A DNA stretch of 64,000 nucleotides from contig OZ024761.1 in the NCBI GenBank assembly GCA_964016885.1, positions 16,740,001-16,804,000 of the forward strand. Reading direction: 5' to 3'. Position numbers and translations under genes: made by a program. How positions within the stretch are numbered: position 1 is the stretch's first letter; every line of letters begins with the position of its first letter. Shown piece after piece: positions 15,513-63,600 of the stretch. This DNA is from Eledone cirrhosa (Eukaryota). The notes under the pieces were generated by a model. It made no database searches. It saw only the letters and a program-made list of their open reading frames with translations, and was not told the DNA's origin.

Positions 15513-16396
15513 TATGTATGTATATATGTATGTGTATATATGTATGTATATATATATGTATGTATATATGTATGTATATATGTATGTATATATATATATG
15601 TATGTATATATGTATGTATATATATATATGTATGTATATATGTATGTATATATATACATGTATGTATGTATATATATACATGTATGTATGTATGTTTGTA
15701 TATATATATCTGTATGTATGTATGTATGTTTGTATATATATATATGTATGTATGTATGTATGTATATATGTATGTATGTATGTATGTATATATGTATGTA
15801 TATATATATATGTATGTATATATGTATGTATATGTATATATGTATGTATATATATATATGTATGTATATATATATATGTATGTATATATATATGTATATA
15901 TATATATGTATGTATATATATATGTATATATATATATGTATGTATATATATATGTATGTATATATATATGTATATATATATATGTATGTATATATATATA
16001 TGTATATATATATATGTATATATATATATGTATGTATATATATATGTATATATATATATGTATGTATATATATATATGTATATATATATATGTGTGTATA
16101 TATATGTGTGTATATATATGTGTGTATATATATGTGTGTATGTATATATATGTGTATATATATATGTATGTATATATGTATGTATATATATATGTATGTA
16201 TATATGTATGTATATATATATGTATGTATATATATATGTATATATATATGTATGTATATATGTATGTATATATATATGTATGTATATATGTATGTATATA
16301 TATATGTATGTATATATGTATGTATATATATATGTATATATATATGTATGTATATATATATGTATATATATATGTATGTATATATATATATGTATG

Positions 16397-16427
<31 letters not shown>

Positions 16428-16572
16428 ATATATATGTATATATATGTATATATATGTATGTATATATATGTATATATATGTATGTATGTATATATATATG
16501 TATATATATATATGTATGTATATATATATGTATATATATATGTATGTATGTATGTAGATATATATATATATG
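11389..16572. repeat. ~5.2-kb compound microsatellite (TAGA/TATG/TA variants; 20-bp higher-order unit near 14710-15020)
   Basis: Seen directly. Confidence 0.97.
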
Positions 16573-17520
16573 TATCATCAGTAGCCTGCAGCAAGTTGTC
16601 ACGTAAGAAATTCCAGTTATTATCTGTCATACGTCTCTAAATCGTCTTCTTTTTCGTCATATACATCTTGAAGGGCTTTCCTAAATTTGTATTTTAGTGA
16701 AAGGTCTTTTAGCTTCCAGACCTTTCTTCTCCACACCTTCTTATATGTCTCATTCCATCTCTTGCTTACTGAGATATGACTAACAACTAACCTATGCTGT
16801 GGGGTACATTCTTCCCCAGGGTATGCCTTGGTATTAGACACTATCTGCCTGTCCCGCTGCCTAACTAGTAAGAAGTCAATCTGTCTTATGTGCTCACCAG
16901 ATTTGTAGGTTATTAGGTGATTGGCAGGTTTCTGGAAGTTTGTGTTGCAAATAGTCAATGTACCTGCATCACAAAATTCAAGAAGTCTCACTCCTTCTTC
17001 ATTTCTTGAGCCGTAACCGTGCCCACCATGTACCCCAGTCTAACCTTCCTGGAGCTGTCCAACATGACCATTGAAGTCTCCTGCTAGCATAACGATGTCT
17101 CCGTCTTCTGTCATTGCGGTTGTTTGTAAAAGTTGCTCGTAAAAGCAGTCTTTCTCATCTTTGCCTAGGCCTGCTTGGGGAGCATAGGCCGAGATGATTG
17201 TCAGTAATCTCCTGCCTACAACTAATCTAAGCTTAATTATTCGATTACTAACTCGAACTACCTCTATTGTCTTATTGATCCATTTATCAGCCAGGAAATT
17301 GTCTACTCTCCCTAACCCATCATCCTTACCTACCCAGAATAGCTTATAGCTAAGACGTTTGCCTACGACTAGTCTCACAGAGGCACCTCTCCATCTCACC
17401 TCTTGCACGCAGCACACATCCACCTGCCTTCTCTCCAGCATCTCCGCTATTTCAGCAGATCTACCTCTGAGAGTGCCAACATTAAGTGTTGCAACTCTGA
17501 GATGCGACGTCTTCATATTT
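16573..17520 (-). mobile_element. RTE-clade LINE 5' portion (APE endonuclease), probably the 5' half of copy 2
   Basis: ORFs 17040-17516 (ATLNVGTL, CVQEVRW, SAYAPQ, AGDFNGHVG) and 16620-16991 (QIDFLL, QHRLVV) carry APE motifs. Confidence 0.9.
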
Positions 17521-17544
17521 TGTTGTTGTTCCTATTTGTTGCAG

Positions 17545-17651
17545 TGCCAGACAGTCCTATACGAGCAGGACAACAAATCTTGCCTCAAGTGGGAAACCTC
17601 CCGTCCAAACCCATGCAAGCGTGGAAGATGGACATTAAACGATGATGATGA

Positions 17652-17654
<3 letters not shown>
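17545..17654 (+). mobile_element. Short RTE 3'-tail fragment in opposite orientation
   Basis: Diverged reverse complement of 9791-9900, ending in (GAT)n. Confidence 0.8.
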
Positions 17655-17693
<39 letters not shown>

Positions 17694-17884
17694 TCGAGAG
17701 AGAGAGAGAGAGAGAGAGAGATGTATATATATATATATATAGAGAGAGATGTATATATATATATAGAGAGAGATGTATATATATATATATATAATATATA
17801 TAGAGAGTGAGATGTATATATATATAGAGAGAGAGAGCGAGATGTGTGTATATATATATATGTATATATATAGAGAGAGATGTG

Positions 17885-17943
<59 letters not shown>

Positions 17944-18133
17944 TAGAGAGAGATGTGTATATATATATATATAATATATATAGAGAGAGATGTGTATATA
18001 TATGTATATGTATATATATAATATATATATAGAGAGAGATGTGTATATATATGTATATATATATATATAATATATATATATATAAGCGTGAACCTAATAT
18101 AACTGTAAAAATTGCCTCCTGTGTTTCATTTAT

Positions 18134-18186
<53 letters not shown>

Positions 18187-18361
18187 GAAGATAGACGTTA
18201 AACGATGATGATGATATGTGTGTGTATATTATATATAGTTAATAGAGAGGTATATACAGATATATAAATTTTACATACAAAGCAACTTCTAATATATTGT
18301 GTAATACTTTGTTTTGAAATGATGGAAGTTGGTTGAAATTTATAATTCTACCAAATTTCAG

Positions 18362-49980
<31,619 letters not shown>

Positions 49981-49990
49981 TGATTTTTAA

Positions 49991-50035
<45 letters not shown>

Positions 50036-50598
50036 GTGTGTATATATATGCATATATATGTATATATATATATAGCTTGTTGCTCGCTTCCAGCCAATCT
50101 TAGTGTCACGCTACTAATGTATTTTGTTTATTATTATTATTATCATCATTATCATTGTTGCTGTTGCTGCTGCCACCACCACCACCACCACCTCTACTGT
50201 TACTATTACCCGGTCATTCTTTCTATAGCACTGCTGATGGACTCTTCATCATGTAAGGTCATCCATCTGTCCATTGCATGATTCTTCCAAAATGTTTAAT
50301 CACATACCAGTCATTTTCCCCTTGCCGCTCCTATGGGCCTAAAGCTAACCAGTACGTAATTTTTTTCCCACCTTCATACAGTATATATTTTTTCCGCTTT
50401 CGTACAGAATATTTTTTTCCGCCTTCTTCATACAGAAAATATTTTTCCCACTTTCATACAAAAAATATTTTTTCCACCTTCATACAGAATATAATTTTTT
50501 CTTACATTCATACTGAATATATTTCTCCCTTTATACAGAATATTTTCCGCTCTTCATACAGAAGATATATATATTTTCCCCTTTCATACATTTTTTTA

Positions 50599-50642
<44 letters not shown>

Positions 50643-52483
50643 CATCTTTTTATCTATCTATCCCCCAGCAATGAGTTGATTTTCATTTCTCTACATATTT
50701 CTATAGCATCTGAATATACAAGTGTCCACAAGTTTTTTTTTCCCCTCCACATCCTTCTTTTATCTTTACAGTAAGCAGATATATAAATATATAAATACAC
50801 ACACATCCACTTTTTTGCAGGGTCAGGTGTGTACATAGTGAAATATATAATGTTTGAGTTTATTCAATGTGGAAAGGTGTTGGCTGGTTACCTCTGATTA
50901 AAAGAAACAAATATATATATATATTCTATATTACATCAGAAGTGAATGGAATGTGTTTATATTGATCATTTTGGGCATGATGATTTTTAATATTTGTTAA
51001 TTAATTTGACATATATTAATCAATATTAAAACTGAATCAGTTAAGGACACATTTTCAGTTTTTTTTTCTTCCTCTTTTAATACTTGTCGACATCCCCTAC
51101 CCCCTTGCTTGTAGGATAATCAAATGGAGTCATATATATATGTACATATATACGTATATGTATGCATATATATATATATATATATACATATATGTGTGTG
51201 TGTGTGTGTATATATATGGAGTTGTTTGTTATATTTGTGATATTGGCATATATTTTATAAACCATTGACATAGCAGTCACCAAGTTTGGGTTTTATATTA
51301 TTTGTTGTTTCAATAATCTTGTTTCAAAGTTGAAGGATTTTAAATTCCTGATTTGCTGGTTATATTTTTATGCCAGCTGTAAATTGTCTTTTTTTTTTTC
51401 ATTTTTTCTTTTCATTTTTTTTAAAAAAAACTCTTTCTTCTTCTGAAAGTCTGCTTAGGAAACTGTGTGGTTTTGTTTTAAAAAAAACTCTTTCGTGTTT
51501 TCTTGGTGGTTGTGATGTGTTATGTTGTCTTCGTTTCATCTCGTTTGAAGAGAGAATACTAACTAAACATTCTCATCTTATTTCCAGTACATTTTATATT
51601 ATATAAGTTTTCTGGGTTCGAATATTTCTACTTGGTAAGGTTTCAATATTCGTGTTTTTTTTTCACTGTTCGTTATTTTAAAGAAGGTGCTATTCCTCTG
51701 CTCTGTAGGTAGACTTGCGTTGCTCGGTAATTTAAGTGAATTGAACGTCTCTCGAAACAACTGGGATACTTTTTTTTTGTGTGATTTTAGAGAACAAAAT
51801 ATTGAGTTGCAGGTACGATAAGGAAAACTAATTCGAAACTATATTTGCGATAGATTTGACTGATCTAAACAATATATTTTTTATAAAATTGCACAATGGC
51901 CACATAATATACACACACATGTGAACAGTGACAGATAAACTCATATATTAATGACAGTATAATTAATTAATAAATGGAAATGGATTAACTATTTTAGTAA
52001 CAATTGCATTAGGCTAGAATATTTTTCGTTAATATTCTAAATATTTTGTGCTTTATATTTTTGGCTTGCCAGTATATATATATATTTATATTTCTCTGCA
52101 AAACCAATAACAATAGTTGGTTTATTTTTCTCCTAAGAACCAAACCTCCAGCGTATATAGAAACTATATATATATACACACACACACACATACACACTAT
52201 ATATCCTCTGATATCATTAAAAATTTTTTTCTTTAAAATTAGTTCTCGTGCGAAATAAATAGATTAAAATATATTTGCACATTAAAGTGCAAAAATATGT
52301 AAATGTTTCATATTTAAGAGCCAATTTAAGATTTGCTATTTCATATTACGTTTTTAAATTATTTTTTTTAAATGCTATTGTAATTTTGTTCATTTCTCTG
52401 TGAAATGTCTCTATTGTTAGCATGACACAAATGTTATGTTCAACTTGTTTATCTAATGTTTTTCTTTCATATTGAATTTTAAG

Positions 52484-52510
52484 TTAAAGAACGAAGGCAA
52501 AGAAAGCGCT
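52484..52510 (+). CDS. Candidate 27-nt in-frame microexon (LKNEGKESA)
   Basis: ctaat branch-like motif, pyrimidine tract, aag| acceptor, gct|gtaagt donor, phase 0-0, purine-rich body. Confidence 0.5.
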
Positions 52511-52683
52511 GTAAGTTTTGTTTCATTGAATTGACTGTTTGTTATTGCCTATATCTTTGAATAAAAGTTAATTAATTGATTAATTAATTAGAATAAAAGT
52601 ATGGCAAGCCATTAAGATTAGATAAATATGTTAAAACTAAATTTCTTCATAGGAATGAATCGATGCAAAAATCTTAATTTTAA

Positions 52684-53253
52684 TTAACCCTTTCGTTACC
52701 GTATTTCTAATGATACACACTGTCCACTATAATTTTCAAATTTTGGAAAATGACCAAAGAATTTGGAGGGATTTACTAATATAATTTCCTCATTGTTAAG
52801 TCAGTGTTTGGAACATAACAAAGACTCTTGCATAAATATTATGGGAAGTTTTTAGATAATTGTAAACACTTTAATCCTTTCCTTACCATATTTCCAACAA
52901 AATACGTTGCATATAATTTTCAAAGAATTTGGAGGGATATAGAATTAAAATATATTTGCACATTAAAGTGCAAAAATATGTATCTAAAATTCTAATTATT
53001 AAGTCAGTGTTTGGAACATAAAGACTCTTGTATAATATTATTGAAGATTTTTAGATAAATGTAAACATTTAACCCTCTTAACTTATTTCTAATGAAAAAC
53101 ATTGCATATAATTTTCAAATAATGTTTGGGACATAATTTCACAAAAGTTCTTACATAAAATTATATTGGAAGCTTTTTAGATAAATGTAAATACTTTAAG
53201 ACAAACAGCTTAGTATTGGAGAACCAGGGATGGTCTGGTATGAAAGGAGTTAA
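52684..53253. mobile_element. Second piggyBac-like MITE family with internal tandem duplications
   Basis: ttaaccctttcgttacc start, repeated at 52871 and 53069; end ggtatgaaaggagttaa. Confidence 0.6.
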
Positions 53254-53764
53254 AATTTGTTATTATTTGGTGGAGGGTTTAGAATAAATGTAATTTATAA
53301 ATGTAAAAGCTCCCTTTAAAATCAAATAGAATTGGTTAATCGGTGGCCTTCATTGTCATGATGCCAGTGAAACCTGTAGGGTTGTGGCCCCCTATAATTA
53401 AAACACCCTAGGAACCTATGAGATGCAACCTTGTGTGAGACCAGTGAAATCAAATCTACAGAGGCTGTAATAACATAGGATTGGGGAGGGTTGGAGTCTA
53501 ACATTGAAAACAGGAGCAACCTTCTATAAGGCGAAATCTGCAGAGATGTGAGCCATATTAGAAACATGGGGCTTTATCATTAAAACAAAGCATACAAGCA
53601 ACCCTGTATAAACTAGTGTTAGCTGTAATAACATAGGACTAATTAAAACTAAGTCTAGTTTTGTACAATGTTTTCCATAAACAAAAAAAAGTAAGCAGGG
53701 AAAAGCGGATGTAAAATGATGATGAATAAACAAAAGGTGGAAAATCATTTTTACATAGTTTAAG

Positions 53765-53829
<65 letters not shown>

Positions 53830-53899
53830 CTTTCTCTTGTAATAATGAAATTTCCTTCTTTAAAAAAATGTTTATTGTAAAATCAGACGTAATTGATAG

Positions 53900-54410
53900 T
53901 TAAGTAATTATTACAACTGGTTAATTACAATAATAAAATACACCGAGTTTCCAGTTGGTTAGTTGAATGGTAAAATACACTAGTTAATAACTAGTTATTA
54001 CAGTAATAAAATACACTAAAACTAGTGAATAACTAGTTAGTACAGTAAATACACTAGTTAACTTGTTAGTACAGTAATAAAATGCACTACTAATTAATAA
54101 CAATAAAATACTCAACTAGTTAGTACAGTAATGAAATACACTACGACTAGTTAATAACTAGTTAGTACAGTAATAAAATGCACAACTAGGTAGTACAGTA
54201 ATAAAATACACAACTAGTTAATAACTAGGTAGTACAGTAATACAATACACAACTAGTTAGTACAGTAATAAATACACTACAACTAGTTAATAACTGGTTG
54301 ATACAGTAGTAAAATACACGTAGTTAGTTAATAACTAGTTAGTACAGTAATAAAACACTAGTTAATAACTAGTTAGTACAGTAATGAAATACATTACAAC
54401 TAGTTTACAA
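53900..54410. repeat. AT-rich degenerate minisatellite (actagttaataactagttagtacagtaataaaatacac)
   Basis: Seen directly. Confidence 0.85.
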
Positions 54411-54906
54411 TTAATTTTTTCAAACAGTTAAGAATGTTATTTTTCTATTCAACACTGATCCTCTTGTGATTTTTGTGTATTCTATGACTTAGTTCTTATT
54501 TCCCTTCCCCCCATATTTTCTGTCTTATTTGCTTCTTTCTAAATTTTAATTTGCATTTGCAATCCCCCATTTTCGTTTTTCTGTCCATAAATACTAGATC
54601 TAGCTTCCACAGTTTTGTGGATCAGTAAAATTTCCAATAGCTCAAGAAAAAATATATAAAGAATGATAATTATGAAAAAAAAAAAATAAGATTAAAAAAA
54701 AGATTAAAATAAAAGAAATGCAGTGAGATGGAAAGCAAGTTAAAAAAAAAAAAAAAGCAAAAAAAAAAAAACAAAAAAAAAACAAAAAAAAAAAATACTG
54801 GAGTTTGAAATTCTATTTCTGGAAGGAGAAAACTGTCTTACCACATCTTATAAACTGAGGTCTAATAACCGCGTTAAACATATGTCGGACGTTCTTATTT
54901 TTTCAG

Positions 54907-54948
54907 AATCAAACACCGAGCGAGGGGGAAGTAGGTCCAGTGATTGAA
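54907..54948 (+). CDS. Candidate 42-nt in-frame small exon (NQTPSEGEVGPVIE)
   Basis: ttcttattttttcag| acceptor, gaa|gtgagt donor, phase 0-0, GC/purine-rich body in an AT-rich intron. Confidence 0.6.
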
Positions 54949-55149
54949 GTGAGTACCACTATTAGTCTGCTGCTGGCTAAAGTTTGGCCGGTCTGCTCAT
55001 TTGCTTTAGTTTAACCATGTTGATGATGATGATGGATGCCAGAGGACTTGAACGGCTTAACATTTCACAGAAGGCGGTCGTCATAAATTTAGGCAATTCA
55101 TTGGTTTGATAATGCAACATTATATTTGTTTCGCTAACATTATATTTTA

Positions 55150-56370
55150 TGGGGTTTTCTATGGAATAACACCTTACATAAGTGTGTGTGTATAATATGG
55201 TTTTTCTATAGAATAATATTTTACATAAGTGTGTGTGTGTATATATTATGGCCCGTCTATAGAATAACACCTTACATAAGTGTGCGTGTGTGTATAATGG
55301 TTCTTCTATAGAATATTTTACATAAGTGTGTGTGTATGTATATTATGGTCCTTCTATAGAATATTTTACATAATTGTGTGTGTATATTATGGTTCTTCTA
55401 TAGAATATTTTACATAAGTGTGTGTGTGTATATTATGGTCCTTCTATAGAATATTTTACATAAGTGTGTATATATGGTTTTTCTACGGAATAATACCTTA
55501 CATACGTGTGTGTATATTATATGCTTCTTCTATAGAATAATATTTTACATAAGTGTGTATGTATTATATGTATTATATGGTTCCTCTATAGAATAATATT
55601 CTACATAAGTGTGTATATGTATATTATATTTTATGGTTCTACAGAATAATACTTTACATGGAGGCAGATGGCTTAGTGGTTAGAGCATTGGCCTTGCAAT
55701 CGAAAGGTTGTAAGTTCAATTCTCAGACTGGGTGATGTGTTGTTTCCTTGAGCAAGACACTTTATTTCACATTGCTCCAGTTTACTCAGCTGTAGAAATG
55801 AGATGATAGGGATGTGGAGGTGTCATGACAAAAAAGCACCCGGCACTCACTGTAAATGAGGTTGGTGTTAGGAAGGGCATCCAGCTGTAAAAATCAAGCC
55901 AGAAACAGTTCCCGTCCCACCCTTGCAAGCAGGGAAAAGCGGACGTAAAATGATGATGATAAGTGTGTATGTATGTGTATTATGGTTCTAAAGAATACTT
56001 TACATATGTGTGTGTGTATTATGGTTCTAAATATGTGTGTGTGTGTATATATTATGGGTCTATAGTATATTTTACATAACTGTGTATATTATATGGATCT
56101 ATTGTATACTTTACATAGTGTGTGTATATTCTATAGTTCGACAGTTCAGCAATTTATGTGTGTGTGTGTATATTCCATAGTTCTGTGTGTGTGAATATAT
56201 ATTATATCGTTCTACAGAATAGCAATTTACTGCTGTGTATATATTATATAAGTTCTACAGAATGGTACTTTATCTATTTGTGTGTGTGTATGTGTGTATA
56301 TATTCTATAGTTCAACATTTCAAAAGTTTACCTCTGTGTGTATATTCTATATTCTACAGTTCAACAGTTT

Positions 56371-56436
<66 letters not shown>

Positions 56437-56460
56437 TCTATGGTTCTAAAGTTAGTTTCC
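55150..56460. repeat. ~40-bp degenerate minisatellite (ttctatagaatattttacataagtgtgtg...) interrupted by a SINE
   Basis: Seen directly. Confidence 0.8.
55660..55960 (+). mobile_element. Full-length tRNA-derived SINE with RTE-LINE-derived 3' tail
   Basis: A box tggcttagtgg, B box gttcaattc, central core. The 3' part matches the RTE 3' UTR at 7105-7175; (GAT)n tail. Confidence 0.88.
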
Positions 56461-56591
56461 ACATGTATTTACATAGTCCTTGAGAAAGTGGTTGCCATCA
56501 TTGTATGTTTTGTAGATATGCCTATAACCTAACTCACTCCTTTTTCTTTTACATTTAACCATTCTATCACTTTGTGCGTGTGTGCGTGTGG

Positions 56592-56676
56592 AAGTTGAAG
56601 CAAAGAGTTTCTGCTTTCACCCTAAGCAGGATCACTTGAAACTTAGGGTGAAAGCAGAAATTGTTTGCTTAAACTT
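56592..56676 (+). ncRNA. Candidate intronic pre-miRNA-like hairpin
   Basis: ~35-bp stem with two mismatches and a 15-nt loop, in unique sequence. No expression evidence. Confidence 0.4.
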
Positions 56677-56714
56677 TTGGTCTGTACTAATAATGAATAT
56701 TTGTTTTACGGGTT

Positions 56715-60925
<4,211 letters not shown>

Positions 60926-61984
60926 ACACCATAGTGACTCTTGCTTTACATAGATTTTCAATATATACCATATAACAATACTCTCTTTTTTATGATATAC
61001 CTCATAACAATACCCTCACTATTTTTTCTTTTTTAAATTATAACTTTTTGCTTTTCTCTTCAATATTATGGTAGGTTTGTATTTTGGGGGTGCTGCTATG
61101 TCAATATCATTCAATGGTTTTTATCTCATTAATTGTCAGAGAATATATTCAGAAGAAATATAGAGATAAGTTATCATAATTACAAGTACAGCTACTTTTC
61201 TTCATTTTATCCTGCATCTCCTTAGGGAGCTGTAGGGATGCTGTATTAACATGGCATTTCTGGGACATTTTTAAAACCTGGTGGAGCCCATCTCCTTTCC
61301 AAGTCTGAGTATGGCAGATTTCTTCCAGAGAAGGATAGAGAGAGTGAGAGAGAGTGTAAGTGGGAAAGAGATATAGTGGAAGAATCGACCCCCCAGTACT
61401 AGACTGGTATTATATTTGTATGCGGGAGTCATATGGGTGCCATATTCACATATGGCATTTCTAGGGCATTTTTAAAGCCTGCAGAGCCCATCTCTCTAAG
61501 TTTGAGTACAGTAGATTTTTTCCAGAGAAAGATAGAAAGAATGGAAGCGAGAAAGAGATCTGGTGGAGCCCATCTCCTCTCTGTCAGAATATATTCAATA
61601 ATTTCTGAGAGAAATATTATTTCTTGGATTTCTATTTCATTTAATGTGATTTCCAAAGATCAATGTATTGAATGTGATTTCCGAAGGCCAGTATGTTCAA
61701 TGTGATTTCCGAAGATCAATATATGCAATGTGATTTCCAAAGATCAATATATTGAATGATTTTTAAGGATCAGTAAATTGAATTGCACATCTTAAATTTG
61801 TGTAAAGGCCATCCTGTTATGTGAGGAAATCTTCTTTGTCTACCTATTCCTGGGAGCATTGTGGCAGCAGTACTCAAGTACTCCATTCAGTGGGTTCTAT
61901 TATGTGAGATCTTTGCCCACCTAGTTAATTCACTCACACACAATCTCTAACTGATACAATCTCACATACCAGTGTTTTATTAAA

Positions 61985-63600
61985 CACAATCTTTCTCACA
62001 CCCAATCTCTCTCTCATACCCAATCTCTCTCTCACACCCAATCTCTCTCTCATACCCAATCTCTCTCTCATACCCAATCTCTCTCTCACACCCAATCTCT
62101 CTCTCACACCCAATCTCTCTCTCACACCCAATCTCTCTCTCAACCAATCTCTCTCACAACCAATCTCTCTCTCACACCCAATCTCTCTCTCACACCCAAT
62201 CTCTCTCTCAACCAATCTCTCTCTCACACCCAATCTCTCTCTCACACCCAATCTCTCTCTCACACCCAATCTCTCTCTCACACCCAATCTCTCTCACACC
62301 CAATCTCTCTCTCACACCCAATCTCTCTCTCACACCCAATCTCTCTCTCATACCCAATCTCTTTCACACCCAATCTCTCTCTCACACCCAATCTCTCTCT
62401 CACACCCAATCTCTCTCTCATACCCAATCTCTTTCACACCCAATCTCTCTCTCACACCCAATCTCTCTCTCACACCCAATCTCTCTCTCACAACCAATCT
62501 ATCTATCACACCCAATCTATCTCTCACACCCAATCTCTCTCTCAACCAATCTCTCTCACACCCAATCTCTCTCTCACACCCAATCTCTCTCTCACACCCA
62601 ATCTCTCTCTCACACCCAATCTCTCTCTCACACCCAATCTCTCTCTCACACCCAATCTCTCTCTCACACCCAATCTCTCTCTCACACCCAATCTCTCTCT
62701 CAACCAATCTCTCTCTCAACCAATCTCTCTCACAACCAATCTCTCTCTCACACCCAATCTCTCTCTCACACCCAATCTCTCTCTCACACCCAATCTCTCT
62801 CTCACACCCAATCTCTCTCTCACACCCAATCTCTCTCTCACACCCAATCTCTCTCTCACACCCAATCTCTCTCTCACACCCAATCTCTCTCTCACACCCA
62901 ATCTATCTCTCACACCCAATCTCGCACACACCCAATCTCTCTCTCACACCCAATCTCTCTCTCACACCCAATCTCTTTCACACCCAATCTCTCTCTCACA
63001 CCCAATCTCTCTCTCATACCCAATCTCTCTCTCATACCCAATCTCTCTCTCATACCCAATCTCTCTCTCACACCCAATCTCTCTCTCACACCCAATCTCT
63101 CTCTCACACCCAATCTCTCTCTCACACCCAATCTCTTTCACACCCAATCTCTCTTTCACACCCAATCTCTCTTTCACACCCAATCTCTCTCTCACACCCA
63201 ATCTCTCTCTCACACCCAATCTCTCTCTCACACCCAATCTCTCTCTCATACCCAATCTCTCTTTCACACCCAATCTCTCTTTCACACCCAATCTCTCTCT
63301 CACACCCAATCTCTCTCTCACACCCAATCTCTCTCTCACCCAATCTCTCTCTCACACCCAATCTCTCTCTCACACCCAATCTCTCTCTCACCCAATCTCT
63401 CTCTCACACCCAATCTCTCTCTCACCCAATCTCTCTCTCACACCCAATCTCTCTCACACCCAATCTCTCTCATATCCAATCTCTCTCACACCCAACCTCT
63501 CACACCCAATCTCTCTCACACCCAACCTCTCTCACACCCAACCTCTCACACCCAACCTCTCACACCCAACCTCTCTCTCATACCCAATCTCTCTCACACA
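61985..63600. repeat. 18-bp minisatellite (cacacccaatctctctct), ~1.6 kb
   Basis: Seen directly. Confidence 0.96.

Noticed and set aside
11122-16630. Huge ORFs (up to 1826 aa), one fused in frame to RT sequence
   Set aside because: Translations of stop-free TA/TG microsatellite (Y/I/H/T runs); the fusion to LINE residues is incidental
51115-51140. Strong acceptor (ccccttgcttgtag|GATAATCAAATG)
   Set aside because: No convincing donor before the sequence runs into microsatellite, so no exon can be defined
54613-54624. 12-nt microexon candidate (FCGS)
   Set aside because: Donor TCA|GTAAAA is weak and upstream AGs compete
55660-55735. tRNA genes here and at 26050, 42278
   Set aside because: A/B boxes continue into SINE core and tail, and the cloverleafs are degenerate
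61934-63391. (GVRERL)n / (EREIGC)n repeat proteins
   Set aside because: Translations of an 18-bp minisatellite with frequent frame-breaking indels
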